Positions 20,020 through 29,915 of a stretch of 64,000 nucleotides of DNA are shown piece by piece. The notes below the pieces were generated by a model that made no database searches, was not told the origin of the DNA, and worked only from the letters and a program-made list of their open reading frames with translations. The DNA comes from an uncultured Planctomycetia bacterium (GTDB taxonomy: Bacteria; Omnitrophota; Gorgyraeia; 2-02-FULL-51-18), in contig CAZXLF010000003.1 of assembly GCA_964642015.1 (NCBI GenBank), positions 228,204-292,203 on the forward strand, in the 5' to 3' direction. Made by a program: the position numbers and the translations under genes. The first letter of the stretch is position 1, and every line of letters starts with the position of its first letter.

Positions 20020-21306
20020 TTATTTTTTCTTTGATGGAGGGATGATCCGCATTTTTGGGAGCGGTACGATAAACCGCCCTCCCGATCGAAGATATTTTTT
20101 TTCGCGCGTTAAAAAGCCTTTAAGAAAATGCCACGGGAGCACAAGAAAATAATCCGGTTTCGCTGCCCTCGCCTCTTCTTCGCTGATGATCGGGATCAGC
20201 GTGCCCACTGTTTTTTTACCGAATTTATCCGGATTTCTTTCGGCAGCGCCTTGGATCAAATGGTGGTCCAGATTGAAGTGTTGGAGCAGCGTGTTTCCTT
20301 TGGTGGAGGCCCCGTAAACATAGACCGTTTTGTTACGCGCTCTTTCTTTTTTAATAAAGTGGTAGATCTTTTTTCGGATCGCCTCGACTCTTAGTGCAAA
20401 ACTGATGTAAGTTTCCTTCTCATGTAATTTATAATTCTTCTCTTTTTTTTCCAAAGCGTTCACGCGGGTCAGTCCATCGTGCGGCGCTTTTTTTGCTTCG
20501 TGTTCGACGTAAACACAGAAACTGCCGCCATTCACGTCGTTGAGTTCGACGTCGACAACCTTTAACGCGTGGCGCTTTAAAAGATAGTGCAGAGACATCA
20601 ATGAATAGTATTCCAAATGTTCATGACAAATATTATCAAACGCGTTCTGCTTCAGCATCAAAGGCAGATAGCTCATTTGAATGATCCACAATCCATCCGG
20701 ATGAAGGCATTTCACGATATCAGAAACAAATTTGTTCGGATCGTCCAGGTCATAGAACATCGCGATGCTCGTGATGATCTTTGCCTTTTCATTCGGAAAA
20801 TTTTCCTCGAACGCTTCGTAATTAAAAAAATCATTGATCACGCGTGTCGTGCCGACGCGTGCCTCAGGAATAAGGTTCTTTGCCGGGTCAAAACCCACGC
20901 GACGTATGCCCGTTTGAGGATAGGCACGCAACAACGTGCCGTCATTGCATCCGATATCCAACACCATATCGTTATGCTTCAATCGGACACGTTTGGAAGC
21001 AGAAGCAACGATACCTTCGAGCACCTTTCTCATCAGAATATTGGTGCCCGAATGGTAATAGTAAAAGTTGTACATTTTCGAGGGATTCACCGTATGTCGC
21101 AGCTGCAGTAAACCGCAACCGCCCTGCTCGGGATCGCAGAGCACCAATTCCAATGGATATGTTTCCTCTGTTGTTGCGGTACGGTCCGTCACAAAATCTG
21201 AAACATAAATACTGCCCAAAGACAATATCGATGCCAACTCATGAGAACCGCAAACCCGGCATTGAGTAATGGTCCTCACATTAGGGTTATCGACAAAATC
21301 ATTCAC
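20020..21306 (-). CDS. NDP-sugar C-methyltransferase-like protein (Zn-ribbon + Methyltransf_13/14; TylCIII/EryBIII family)
   Basis: N-terminal CRVCGSHELASILSLG Zn ribbon, SAM motif VLDIGCNDGTLL and a long C-terminal C-methyltransferase domain. Size is 428 aa. Confidence 0.65.
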   Translation of the reverse strand: MNDFVDNPNVRTITQCRVCGSHELASILSLGSIYVSDFVTDRTATTEETYPLELVLCDPEQGGCGLLQLRHTVNPSKMYNFYYYHSGTNILMRKVLEGIVASASKRVRLKHNDMVLDIGCNDGTLLRAYPQTGIRRVGFDPAKNLIPEARVGTTRVINDFFNYEAFEENFPNEKAKIITSIAMFYDLDDPNKFVSDIVKCLHPDGLWIIQMSYLPLMLKQNAFDNICHEHLEYYSLMSLHYLLKRHALKVVDVELNDVNGGSFCVYVEHEAKKAPHDGLTRVNALEKKEKNYKLHEKETYISFALRVEAIRKKIYHFIKKERARNKTVYVYGASTKGNTLLQHFNLDHHLIQGAAERNPDKFGKKTVGTLIPIISEEEARAAKPDYFLVLPWHFLKGFLTREKKYLRSGGRFIVPLPKMRIIPPSKKK

Positions 21307-22783
21307 GAGACGCTCCTTCCAATGAAGTTTGATAAGATGGTGTGATCGGTGTAAGCTTTTGACCGATCACGATCGCGTGCGTAAAAAGATCTCTGCATCC
21401 AAAATAGTATCCTGTCATCTCAAATCCGGCTTTTGACAGGATCCGGCTGACATGGTTTTGGGATTGTACGCGGGAGATCTCGTCCGGATGCAGTTTTGTA
21501 TTGTTTTTCATCCAGCGATGCAGCACAAAATGAACCCCCTTTAAAACCCTCACGCTTAAACCAAACTCAGGCGGCCAAAACAACACGATATTCCCCTCAT
21601 TTTTTAAAACGCGATGAAACTCATGCAGAATCTGCTGGATCTGCTCTTCCGTAAAATGCTCCATCACTCCCAAATTGTAAATGCCGTCAAAACTATCGTC
21701 CTCGAACGGAAGCTCAAAAATACTTCCATGCTTTAAAGTAACCTGATCGCCGTGCAAAGCCCGATATCTCTCAAGCGCTTTCGGCGATATATCGAGTGCC
21801 GTTACTTTGGCCCAGCGCACCACATCGGTATCCACTTGACCGGCTCCGCATCCGGCATGCAAGATGGACGATCCTGGCGCGAAGGTCGTTTTGATAAAAT
21901 GATTGAGCGCGGGTTTGATGATATATTTGCGGTAAAAAACAGCAATCACATCATACATACGTTTCTTATTTTTTTCCTGAGCCGACCAATACTCTTCCCA
22001 TTCGGCTTCTTGGTCATGACCGTCCGAGACTGTCTGTGTCTGCGAATTAGAGGTTGACCAAATAAAGGACTTACGTTTCAAGCGGGTCTTAAGGCTTGTC
22101 TGAAATAATAATCTCAAGCTGGCCCATGCATCGCCCCACGACATCTTGGAATGACCATAAGTGCGAGCCGGGAGCCTGATCGGAATTTCGCTGATCTGAT
22201 AACCGTTCAAATAAAGGATATAAAGACTTTCGAAGAAAAACGAGTAACCCTTGGATTGAACCAAGCCAAAAATCGGCTGGGGGATCTTTTTTAATCTGTA
22301 AACGCGAAAAGCGCCTGTCGCATCATACGGCATCTGAAGAAGGGTTTTTGTCAAAAAATGGGCCAAGTGAGTCAAGAATTTGCGGAGTGGGTTCCATCCT
22401 TCCAAACTTTTTGGATTTGTATAACGTGAACCGATCACAACGTCGCAAGCCAAAGATTTCTCCAAAAATACTGGTACATCTTCGGGCTGATGCGTAAAAT
22501 CACAATCCATCGTGATCAAAATGTCATAACCACGATCATAAGCCCACCGGATAATATCCATATGGGCGCTGCCGATGCCCAATTTGCCCGCACGACGCAC
22601 TGCATGCACTTTGGGATCACGTTGTGCAATGCGATCCAAAATTTCTGAGGTCCCGTCCGGCGAATTGTCATCAACGAACAGAAAATCGTTCGATAATCCC
22701 AATTGTTTGAGCTGAGAATACAATGGCTCGACATTTTCTTTCTCATTGTAAGTTGGTATGGCGATAAGTATTTTTTCCGTCAT
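21299..22783 (-). CDS. Bifunctional GT2 (DPM1/GtrB-like polyprenyl-phosphate glycosyltransferase) - class I SAM methyltransferase fusion
   Basis: N-terminal ILIAIPTYNEKENVE...FVDDNSPDGTSEIL...TMDCDFTHQPED. C-terminal ILHAGCGAGQ...ALDISPKAL...GVMEHF (Methyltransf_11). Size is 494 aa. Confidence 0.75.
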   Translation of the reverse strand: MTEKILIAIPTYNEKENVEPLYSQLKQLGLSNDFLFVDDNSPDGTSEILDRIAQRDPKVHAVRRAGKLGIGSAHMDIIRWAYDRGYDILITMDCDFTHQPEDVPVFLEKSLACDVVIGSRYTNPKSLEGWNPLRKFLTHLAHFLTKTLLQMPYDATGAFRVYRLKKIPQPIFGLVQSKGYSFFFESLYILYLNGYQISEIPIRLPARTYGHSKMSWGDAWASLRLLFQTSLKTRLKRKSFIWSTSNSQTQTVSDGHDQEAEWEEYWSAQEKNKKRMYDVIAVFYRKYIIKPALNHFIKTTFAPGSSILHAGCGAGQVDTDVVRWAKVTALDISPKALERYRALHGDQVTLKHGSIFELPFEDDSFDGIYNLGVMEHFTEEQIQQILHEFHRVLKNEGNIVLFWPPEFGLSVRVLKGVHFVLHRWMKNNTKLHPDEISRVQSQNHVSRILSKAGFEMTGYYFGCRDLFTHAIVIGQKLTPITPSYQTSLEGASRE

Positions 22784-23568
22784 TGAACCACGGCCTCTTT
22801 TTTTGTCTCAGCGTTCTTTTTCATTTCCCAATATTTAGCGAAAGATAAAAATTGATACATACCTGAATTAACAGCCAAAAAAAGCCCGATCACACCGTCT
22901 TTGTACCCCTGTTTCTTGATGTAAGCGCGCCAAAAACGATCAATCATTTTTCGGATCGTCCCAAAAACACCGACTTTCCTTTTTTCACGGAACCATTTCT
23001 TCGCTTCGAGATCAGTCTGTCGGTCCAACTTTGCGACAGCATCCGTAAAATCGCGATAGGTGTAATGGATAATATCATTTTTCAGAGTCCCGTAAGGCGC
23101 GGACATATAAGCCTGCGGATGCACTTCGGCCTGTTCGTCGTACTTGAACTTTCCTCTCTGAAAAAGCCGGAGCTGTGCAGAGGGATAGAGCCCCCCGTAG
23201 CGCACCCAGACCTTTCCCATATAATTTTTTCTCGGAATCGTATAGCCGTTGTCCGTCGGATTCTTTTTCAAAAGTTCAATAATCTCATCGCGCAGTTCGG
23301 GCGACACTCTTTCGTCGGCGTCAAGGCTCAGCACCCAGTCGCAGGTTGCCAGGCCGTAAGCATAATTCCGGTGTTTTCCTTCAATGTCCATATGCCGTTG
23401 ATAAACTTTATCGGTAAATTTTTTGGCAATCGCGACAGTATCATCCGTTGAAAAATCATCGACTAAAATGACCTCTTTCGCCCATTCAACGCTTTGTAAG
23501 CAATCAGCGATACGTTCGGATTCATTTTTTGTGATGACCACTACCGATAAAGGTGTTTTTTCGCCCAT
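22780..23568 (-). CDS. GT2 glycosyltransferase, WaaE/KdtX-like (paralog 2 of 3)
   Basis: LSVVVITKNESERIADCLQSVEWAKEVILVDDFSTDDTVAI and SLDADE. Confidence 0.75.
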   Translation of the reverse strand: MGEKTPLSVVVITKNESERIADCLQSVEWAKEVILVDDFSTDDTVAIAKKFTDKVYQRHMDIEGKHRNYAYGLATCDWVLSLDADERVSPELRDEIIELLKKNPTDNGYTIPRKNYMGKVWVRYGGLYPSAQLRLFQRGKFKYDEQAEVHPQAYMSAPYGTLKNDIIHYTYRDFTDAVAKLDRQTDLEAKKWFREKRKVGVFGTIRKMIDRFWRAYIKKQGYKDGVIGLFLAVNSGMYQFLSFAKYWEMKKNAETKKEAVVQ

Positions 23569-23605
23569 AAGTTACCCGTTATCATATAGAAACATCGCTC
23601 AAAGA

Positions 23606-24676
23606 TTAAGCTATTTTTTTCATCGCCGCCACGACCTTTTCCACCGGTAATTCCGCAAGGCATCGTCTCTCATTCGGGCACGGCGGAAAATGGAACTTTT
23701 GATAGCAAGGCCTGCAAGGCACTTCCTGTGTGACTGCAACGTGAGGTATCGAATTTCCATAAGGTCCGTACACCTTTTCATCAACAGGGCCAAAAATCGA
23801 TACTGTTTTAACCCCAAGAGCGTTCGCCAAATGAAGCAGGCCGCCGTCATTGCAGCACAGCAAACTAGATCTCAACAAAAGCGCACAAACCTTCTCCATC
23901 TCCTCACCGCTTGCGATCACGCAACGTTCGCGAAGAAAAGAGGCGGTTTTTTCCAAAAGTTGTCTCTCACTTCTATCCCCCAATAACAAGACCTTGCTAT
24001 GCTGTTCCTCAGAAAAGACCTGCGCTGTCTTCGCAAAACGCTCAGCATCCCATTGTTTATAAATAGCATTTGCACCCCAGCTCTTCCCCCCGCCGGGCGC
24101 GACAGTGATCAGTTTATCCTGATCCGGAACTCCATTTTTTTTCAAAAAATCACGCACATCGCTTTTTGCAACCGCTGAAACAGAGATAGGTAGAATAGGA
24201 TTTTTGTTTTTGTAAAAAATATTGGATATATTCAAAAGATCGAGTTGGATTTCAGCAACTTGCCTCCCAGAATAACCATCGATCTTTATCTTATCCGTAA
24301 GAAATAATCCGCGATTCTTATAATCAAGTCCTATCCTTTTCTTTATCCCGATCCACCAGCAAAAAAAACTGTATTCGCGGCCCAGCGACAGATCGTAGAC
24401 CGTATCAAAATGATTTTCGCGTAACATTTTCAAAAACGCTCTTAATTTTTTATAAAATAGAAAGGGGCTTTTTTTCCATAATCTCCTGAAAAGATCGCGG
24501 TTAAAAACAAAAGTCTGGTCAATTGAAGTATTAAGCCGTACCAAATCGACCGTCCTTTCATTGCAGACAAAACCAATAAAAGCGTCCGCATGAGATCTTC
24601 TCAATGCCTCAACAAGCGTCATCGAAAAAATCGCATCACCGATCCCGAACGGGTTGATAACCAAAAATCGCTTCAA
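23606..24676 (-). CDS. Heptosyltransferase family protein (GT9)
   Basis: MKRFLVINPFGIGDAIFSMTLVEAL and C-terminal GGLLHLANALGVKTVSIFG. Confidence 0.75.
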   Translation of the reverse strand: MKRFLVINPFGIGDAIFSMTLVEALRRSHADAFIGFVCNERTVDLVRLNTSIDQTFVFNRDLFRRLWKKSPFLFYKKLRAFLKMLRENHFDTVYDLSLGREYSFFCWWIGIKKRIGLDYKNRGLFLTDKIKIDGYSGRQVAEIQLDLLNISNIFYKNKNPILPISVSAVAKSDVRDFLKKNGVPDQDKLITVAPGGGKSWGANAIYKQWDAERFAKTAQVFSEEQHSKVLLLGDRSERQLLEKTASFLRERCVIASGEEMEKVCALLLRSSLLCCNDGGLLHLANALGVKTVSIFGPVDEKVYGPYGNSIPHVAVTQEVPCRPCYQKFHFPPCPNERRCLAELPVEKVVAAMKKIA

Positions 24677-25674
24677 TTTCTATCCAGCACTTTCTTTACC
24701 AATGAATATACTTCCTCAACGCTGATCTCGCTGATATTTTTGAAAATAACTTCGCTTTTGCCGTCTTTCGGTCCCCATCTGTCAGGATTCGACCCTGTCG
24801 TATTTTTTGCGTACAAAGCGACCACAGGTTTTCCGCTGATCCATGCGATATGAACAGGTCCGCTGTCTACCGATATCAAAGCCTTCACGTTCGGTTCACG
24901 AAACAATGCCGATAACTGCTTGAGATCTAATTTTCCGGTCCAATCAACAGCCCGGCTCTTCATCTTCGATACCACATTCCTGGAACAACCGGACTCCTCC
25001 AGGCCTCCTATCAAAACAACACGGAAGCCCAGTTTTTGCTGAATCAGATCACTTAATTCAGCAAATTTTATTTCCGGCCAGCGTTTTTCAGGATTGCTTG
25101 TTCCGGGATGCACAACAGCAATGCTGTCTGAAGAGGTAAATTCGGTTTTCAATCTTTCCGATATCGATCTTTTCGCGGCGTCATCCATAGGCAGAGACAA
25201 GGAGCCATCCCAGGATTTTTTTGACACAAGCCGCACAAGATCCAGGTTTTTTTCCGTTTCATGCTTAATGGGCCCATCGTTTGAAATCTTATGATTCAAA
25301 AAAAACGGCCATTTACGGCCGTAGCCGACTCGATCCGGTATACCCGCAAAAAAAAGCATCGCGTGTAAAAACTTATCGGGATTGGACGCTAAACCTACGT
25401 CAAATTTGGCTTTTTTTATCTGTTTTGCAAGGTTCGTGCGATATTGAAAATTATTTTTGATCCGAGCGGCCGATACGGCCCAAACTTCATCAATATCCGA
25501 CTGGCCCCTCAAAAGATCAGCCACCGGTTCATCAAGCATCAATGTGATCCAAGATTTGGGAAACGTCTGACGCAAAAGCCGTAAAGCCGGTAAATTCATC
25601 AACACATCGCCGATCCGGTCGGTGCGCACGAACAATATTCTTCGGATATCCCGATCTTCTAAAGCGGCTTGCAT
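24673..25674 (-). CDS. Heptosyltransferase family protein (GT9)
   Basis: RRILFVRTDRIGDVLMNLPALRLL and SVDSGPVHIAWISGKPVVALY. Confidence 0.75.
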   Translation of the reverse strand: MQAALEDRDIRRILFVRTDRIGDVLMNLPALRLLRQTFPKSWITLMLDEPVADLLRGQSDIDEVWAVSAARIKNNFQYRTNLAKQIKKAKFDVGLASNPDKFLHAMLFFAGIPDRVGYGRKWPFFLNHKISNDGPIKHETEKNLDLVRLVSKKSWDGSLSLPMDDAAKRSISERLKTEFTSSDSIAVVHPGTSNPEKRWPEIKFAELSDLIQQKLGFRVVLIGGLEESGCSRNVVSKMKSRAVDWTGKLDLKQLSALFREPNVKALISVDSGPVHIAWISGKPVVALYAKNTTGSNPDRWGPKDGKSEVIFKNISEISVEEVYSLVKKVLDRN

Positions 25675-25678
25675 GGAG

Positions 25679-27097
25679 TCAGTAAGCGTTCGGGCTCGTA
25701 AAAAAATTCGCGATGGTCATAAAAATGATCCTTGCATCCAAAAAGATCGACCAATTCTCGATATAGTAAAGATCGTATTTCGTACGCTCTTCGATGGAGG
25801 TATTGCCTCTTAGCCCGTTCACCTGGGCCCAGCCGGTGATCCCCGAACGGATCGAGTGCCGCGCCATATAACGGGGAATGTCTTGCTTGAACTGGCTCAC
25901 AAAAAAAGGCCTCTCCGGCCGCGGACCGACCAGACTCATATCACCTTTCAAAACATTCCAAAGCTGAGGAAGTTCATCCAGATTATTCTTTCTTAAAAAA
26001 ACACCCAAACGCGTCCTTCGCGGGTCATCCGCTTTCGTCCATACCGGACCTGTAGTTTTTTCTGCGCCGACCCTCATAGTCCGGAACTTATAAAGCAAGA
26101 AACGATGTCCGTCCTGACCTATCCTCTGCTGCTTATAAAAAACCGGCCCCGAAGAATCCTTTCTTATCAAAAAAGCAACGAGCGCAATAACAGGTGACAA
26201 CAGAATCAGCGCTGATAAAGAGAAGGTAACATCCAGCATGCGCTTCAAAAATCTATTCTCCCAATCCCCAAGAGGCGAATCGGAGAACGATAAAAGCGGT
26301 GTGTTAGCAAGATAAACCACATTCATTCTAGAAGTAATAAGACCGAAAATGTCCGCGATCCAACGAAAAGTGACCATCTCTTTTTCGCATTCATAGATCA
26401 TTTTCAGCACGATCTCATTGGAAACGCCCTGCATTGCCAGCACGATCTCGTGGATTTGGCGGTGAAATTTGATATAATTATGTATCTCGGACGTCCTGGC
26501 CAACACCGGAAGCCCTTCCACGCGAGCGCCTATGGGGAGGTTGTCATCTAAAAAACCTTCTACACGCGTGCTGAAACGAGGATTTCTTTTGTAAAATCGG
26601 ACCAACCGTTTTGCATTCTCATCGACTCCGATGATCAGAATATTTCGTAAACTTCCGCGGATCTGGTCCAGTTTCATCACGCATAAACCCAGCACGAACC
26701 GAGAAAAAGAAAGACCCAGCGCCAAAAATAGACCACCCATAAAAAGAAATGTGCGCGAAAACGAAAATCCCCTGATAAAAAATGTCAATGCTGTCAGCAC
26801 AATGACGCTGGCCGCAACTGCTTTAAACACTCTTCCGATCTCCGCTGAAAAGGTCAAAAGCCTCGCAGGCTGATAAAGCCCATAAAACCGCAGGAAAAAG
26901 ACCATGATCAGCACGATCACATGGAAAGATTTGAAGTAAACGTGATAATCCGGCACTGCAAGTGAGCTGACAAAATAATGGCTGATAAATCGGAACCAAA
27001 AAGCGGACGCAAGAATAAGGTACATTGTGATACCATCCACAGCCAGCTGCACCCACGGCAAGAATGTGTCCCGTTTTCGGCGCCTCGGAATGATCAT
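25679..27097 (-). CDS. Undecaprenyl-phosphate sugar phosphotransferase (WbaP/CpsE-type initiating glycosyltransferase)
   Basis: N-terminal TM bundle plus the C-terminal bacterial sugar transferase domain (PQLWNVLKGDMSLVGPRPERP...GITGWAQVNG). Confidence 0.85.
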   Translation of the reverse strand: MIIPRRRKRDTFLPWVQLAVDGITMYLILASAFWFRFISHYFVSSLAVPDYHVYFKSFHVIVLIMVFFLRFYGLYQPARLLTFSAEIGRVFKAVAASVIVLTALTFFIRGFSFSRTFLFMGGLFLALGLSFSRFVLGLCVMKLDQIRGSLRNILIIGVDENAKRLVRFYKRNPRFSTRVEGFLDDNLPIGARVEGLPVLARTSEIHNYIKFHRQIHEIVLAMQGVSNEIVLKMIYECEKEMVTFRWIADIFGLITSRMNVVYLANTPLLSFSDSPLGDWENRFLKRMLDVTFSLSALILLSPVIALVAFLIRKDSSGPVFYKQQRIGQDGHRFLLYKFRTMRVGAEKTTGPVWTKADDPRRTRLGVFLRKNNLDELPQLWNVLKGDMSLVGPRPERPFFVSQFKQDIPRYMARHSIRSGITGWAQVNGLRGNTSIEERTKYDLYYIENWSIFLDARIIFMTIANFFTSPNAY

Positions 27098-28203
27098 TGA
27101 GCGGCCCTCATTGATAAAAGCTGATCGATCTTATTTTTCATTTCACTTTTATAACGTTCTCTGCCGAATCGTTCGGCGTTTGATCTAGCATTTTCGGGTG
27201 AGATTTTTTCCTTTTCAAAATCTTTGATCGCTTGCCGCAAACTTTCTGCGCTCAGCTCATTAAAAAATATTCCGGTCTCATGATCCTTCACGGTCTCAAG
27301 CGCTCCGCCCTTCCCATAGGCGATCACGGAAGCACCGCACGCCTGCACCTCCAAAGGCACAATCCCAAAATCCTCTTCGCCGGGAAATATCAGCGCCTTG
27401 CATCTGCGATAATGATCGCGTATCACTTCGTTGGATTGCCAGCCAAGAAATTCTATATTTTTACCCGAAATATTTTTCAGTGAATGCCTTTCAGGGCCGT
27501 CGCCAATGATCACCAGTTTCTGAGACAGGCCGTTAAAAGTTTCTATGGCCATCTCTATTTTCTTATAAGGCACGAGCGCTGATACGATCAAATAAAAATC
27601 CTCTCTAACAACACCGCTGTCCGGTGTATAAAAATCCGTGTCTACCGGCGGATAAATAACATCGGCATCCCTATTATAAAATTGCCGGATGCGTTTTTTT
27701 ACATGCTCGGATATCGCGATAAAATGATCCACGTGTTGATTGGCCGCTACATCCCATTCTTTAAGGCGCCGGATAGATAAATGTATCGCTTGGCGAACAA
27801 ACCAATTTTTATTTCCAAAATATTCTTCAAAAAACCCCCATGCGTAACGCATCGGCGTAAAACAATAACAAACATGAAACGCCTTTCTGTCTTTACGGAC
27901 GCCTTTAGCCACACAATGACTTGTAGAGATCACAAGGTCATAACCATCCAGATCAAATGATTCTGCCGCACTTGGAAAAAGCGGCAGATAGTAACGGTAA
28001 TGTGAAAAAATGCCCGGAAGGTATTGAAGCGCTGAACAGGTTATGGAATGATCCTGAATGACGCCTGAGATCTTGCCTTTTTCATGGAACAACGTGAATA
28101 TTTGACTTTCCGGGTAAAGCTCGCAGAGCGCCTCAAGGCATTTTTCCCCTCCGCGCATCCCGTTCAACCAATCATGCGAAAAAGCCACTTTCAATTTCGT
28201 CAA
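27094..28203 (-). CDS. GT4 glycosyltransferase
   Basis: GT-B C-terminal motif FPGEEDFGIVPLEVQACGASVIAYGKGGALETV (EX7E). Confidence 0.75.
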   Translation of the reverse strand: MTKLKVAFSHDWLNGMRGGEKCLEALCELYPESQIFTLFHEKGKISGVIQDHSITCSALQYLPGIFSHYRYYLPLFPSAAESFDLDGYDLVISTSHCVAKGVRKDRKAFHVCYCFTPMRYAWGFFEEYFGNKNWFVRQAIHLSIRRLKEWDVAANQHVDHFIAISEHVKKRIRQFYNRDADVIYPPVDTDFYTPDSGVVREDFYLIVSALVPYKKIEMAIETFNGLSQKLVIIGDGPERHSLKNISGKNIEFLGWQSNEVIRDHYRRCKALIFPGEEDFGIVPLEVQACGASVIAYGKGGALETVKDHETGIFFNELSAESLRQAIKDFEKEKISPENARSNAERFGRERYKSEMKNKIDQLLSMRAAQ

Positions 28204-29312
28204 CTCATGGCCCGTTCGTAGATTTTAACGGTTTCTTCGGCTGTTTTTCTCCATGAAAAGCGTCCAGCTTGCTCTAACCCTATGTTTGACATATTCTTAC
28301 GCAACTCCTGGCTAAACAATATATTATATAAAACCCCAACCAGAGCGTCAACCTGTCCCGCATCAAAAATAGCTCCGGCCGAACCGACAATCTCCGGCAA
28401 GCTGCACCTATTTGAAACAATCACGGGTGTTCCACAAGCCATTGCCTCAAGCGCCGGAAGCCCAAAACCCTCATAAAAAGACGGGAGCACAAAAACGTCC
28501 GCCAAATTATAGATCGATACCAGATCCTTATCGGATGGCTCTCCCAGATATTTAACAAAAACATTGTCATGGATCATTTCAAGAACTTCTTTGTTTCTCT
28601 GGTCTTTGCGCCCCACAAGCACCAGATCATGCTCAATGCCTTTGCTGTCCCTTAATATTTTGACCGCATTGATCAACGTTGGAATGTTTTTATGGGGCTT
28701 CAAGGTGCCGACAAAAAGAATGAATGGTTTTGAAAGCCCAAAACGTTTCTTTGCATCTTGGAGCAAATGATCCGGCATCTTAGCGAAGATCGCAGAAGGA
28801 GCTTCAGGAATAGCGACAATACGTTCTGCAGAAAATCGCGGGAAATGCTCAAGCAGGTCCTTTTTGGTGTATTCAGAAACGGTTATGACAAGAGACGCTT
28901 TTTTTGCTATTTGTTTAAGCAGCTCATTCACATATATTTTTCCGAATTTAAAACGTGAGGCTGTCGGCTCATGCAAATAAATAAGATCGTGTACTGTTAC
29001 GACCATTTTTTTTCGGTAAAAGACCGGGATATTAAAATGCGGACTGTGTAATAAATCTAAATTGGAAGCTTTCTTTAAAATTTCCCATTGCTCAGCCAGA
29101 CTATAAACTTTTGAAGAAGCCGGAGTATAAACCGGTTCGTTCAGAAGATTTGACGATCTGAAAAAATCTTTTATACGCTCAGATTCACCGAGGAAAGAAA
29201 ACCGGAATTCAGGCGCTAAGCTTACGATTTCGCGGGAAAGCTCTCGAATATACCTTCCGATGCCGGGATGACCCCACATACGGGCATCGATCCCGACCGA
29301 CCTTTTTGTCAT
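28200..29312 (-). CDS. GT4 glycosyltransferase
   Basis: LPSFYEGFGLPALEAMACGTPVIVSNRCSLPEIVG. Confidence 0.75.
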   Translation of the reverse strand: MTKRSVGIDARMWGHPGIGRYIRELSREIVSLAPEFRFSFLGESERIKDFFRSSNLLNEPVYTPASSKVYSLAEQWEILKKASNLDLLHSPHFNIPVFYRKKMVVTVHDLIYLHEPTASRFKFGKIYVNELLKQIAKKASLVITVSEYTKKDLLEHFPRFSAERIVAIPEAPSAIFAKMPDHLLQDAKKRFGLSKPFILFVGTLKPHKNIPTLINAVKILRDSKGIEHDLVLVGRKDQRNKEVLEMIHDNVFVKYLGEPSDKDLVSIYNLADVFVLPSFYEGFGLPALEAMACGTPVIVSNRCSLPEIVGSAGAIFDAGQVDALVGVLYNILFSQELRKNMSNIGLEQAGRFSWRKTAEETVKIYERAMS

Positions 29313-29318
29313 GAGAGA

Positions 29319-29477
29319 TCAGAATAGCGTATAAATAAAAGGGGCCAATGCTGACCCTTGGCTAAACACGATCAAAACACCAAGAAGAACAAGCACGATA
29401 ACAATAGGCGTGATCCACCATTTTTTTCTCACCTTCAAAAAGTCCCAAAACTCTTTAACGATCGACAATTTTCCCAT
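29319..29477 (-). CDS. Unannotated 52-aa single-TM mini-protein (DUF5989-like) that typically accompanies SxtJ/carbamoyltransferase pairs
   Basis: Manual translation gives MGKLSIVKEFWDFLKVRKKWWITPIVIVLVLLGVLIVFSQGSALAPFIYTLF. A GAGGAG SD lies 9 nt upstream. It is below the 60-aa cutoff of the ORF track. Confidence 0.65.
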   Translation of the reverse strand: MGKLSIVKEFWDFLKVRKKWWITPIVIVLVLLGVLIVFSQGSALAPFIYTLF

Positions 29478-29496
29478 CGGATCCATCTCCTCTCAT

Positions 29497-29913
29497 TTAA
29501 TATTGCTTTTCATAATCTTCTTTTTTTCGGTCTAAAGGCCGGCGGATCACCCAATAACTATCTGCATCAGCTTGAAGTGCTGGATCCAAGAATTTTTTTC
29601 CCATCAACTTGGCGATCAATCCGATTGGTGTCATGACCAGATAGAACACGATACTTAAAAGCACGCGGGTCATCACCCACCCCATTGCTAACGCAGCGGT
29701 CATCCAAATTTTCTGGATCGGTTTGAGGACCAGCGGTGCCAAGAAGGCAAAAACAATGAAGAAGGCTCCGGTGAAAATAAAATAAACATATCCACCTTTG
29801 GATTTCCAAAGCCACAAAAACCCTATTAAAAGAAAAACAATACCGACTGTGAGCCCGAATTTTTTTAAATCCTTGGCGGAACTTTTGATACTTCTAATGT
29901 CATCAAGCAGCAT
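29497..29913 (-). CDS. SxtJ-family small membrane protein
   Basis: 138 aa, 3 TM segments (KKFGLTVGIVFLLIGFLWLW...). Family assignment made from memory. Immediately downstream of a NodU/CmcH carbamoyltransferase. Confidence 0.6.
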   Translation of the reverse strand: MLLDDIRSIKSSAKDLKKFGLTVGIVFLLIGFLWLWKSKGGYVYFIFTGAFFIVFAFLAPLVLKPIQKIWMTAALAMGWVMTRVLLSIVFYLVMTPIGLIAKLMGKKFLDPALQADADSYWVIRRPLDRKKEDYEKQY

Positions 29914-29915
29914 GA

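Noticed and set aside
29358-29636. 92-aa plus-strand ORF between the GT4 and SxtJ genes
   Set aside because: It is antisense to the SxtJ-like gene and to the SD-preceded 52-aa mini-ORF. The minus-strand reading gives a conserved-looking single-TM peptide, whereas the plus-strand product is low complexity.
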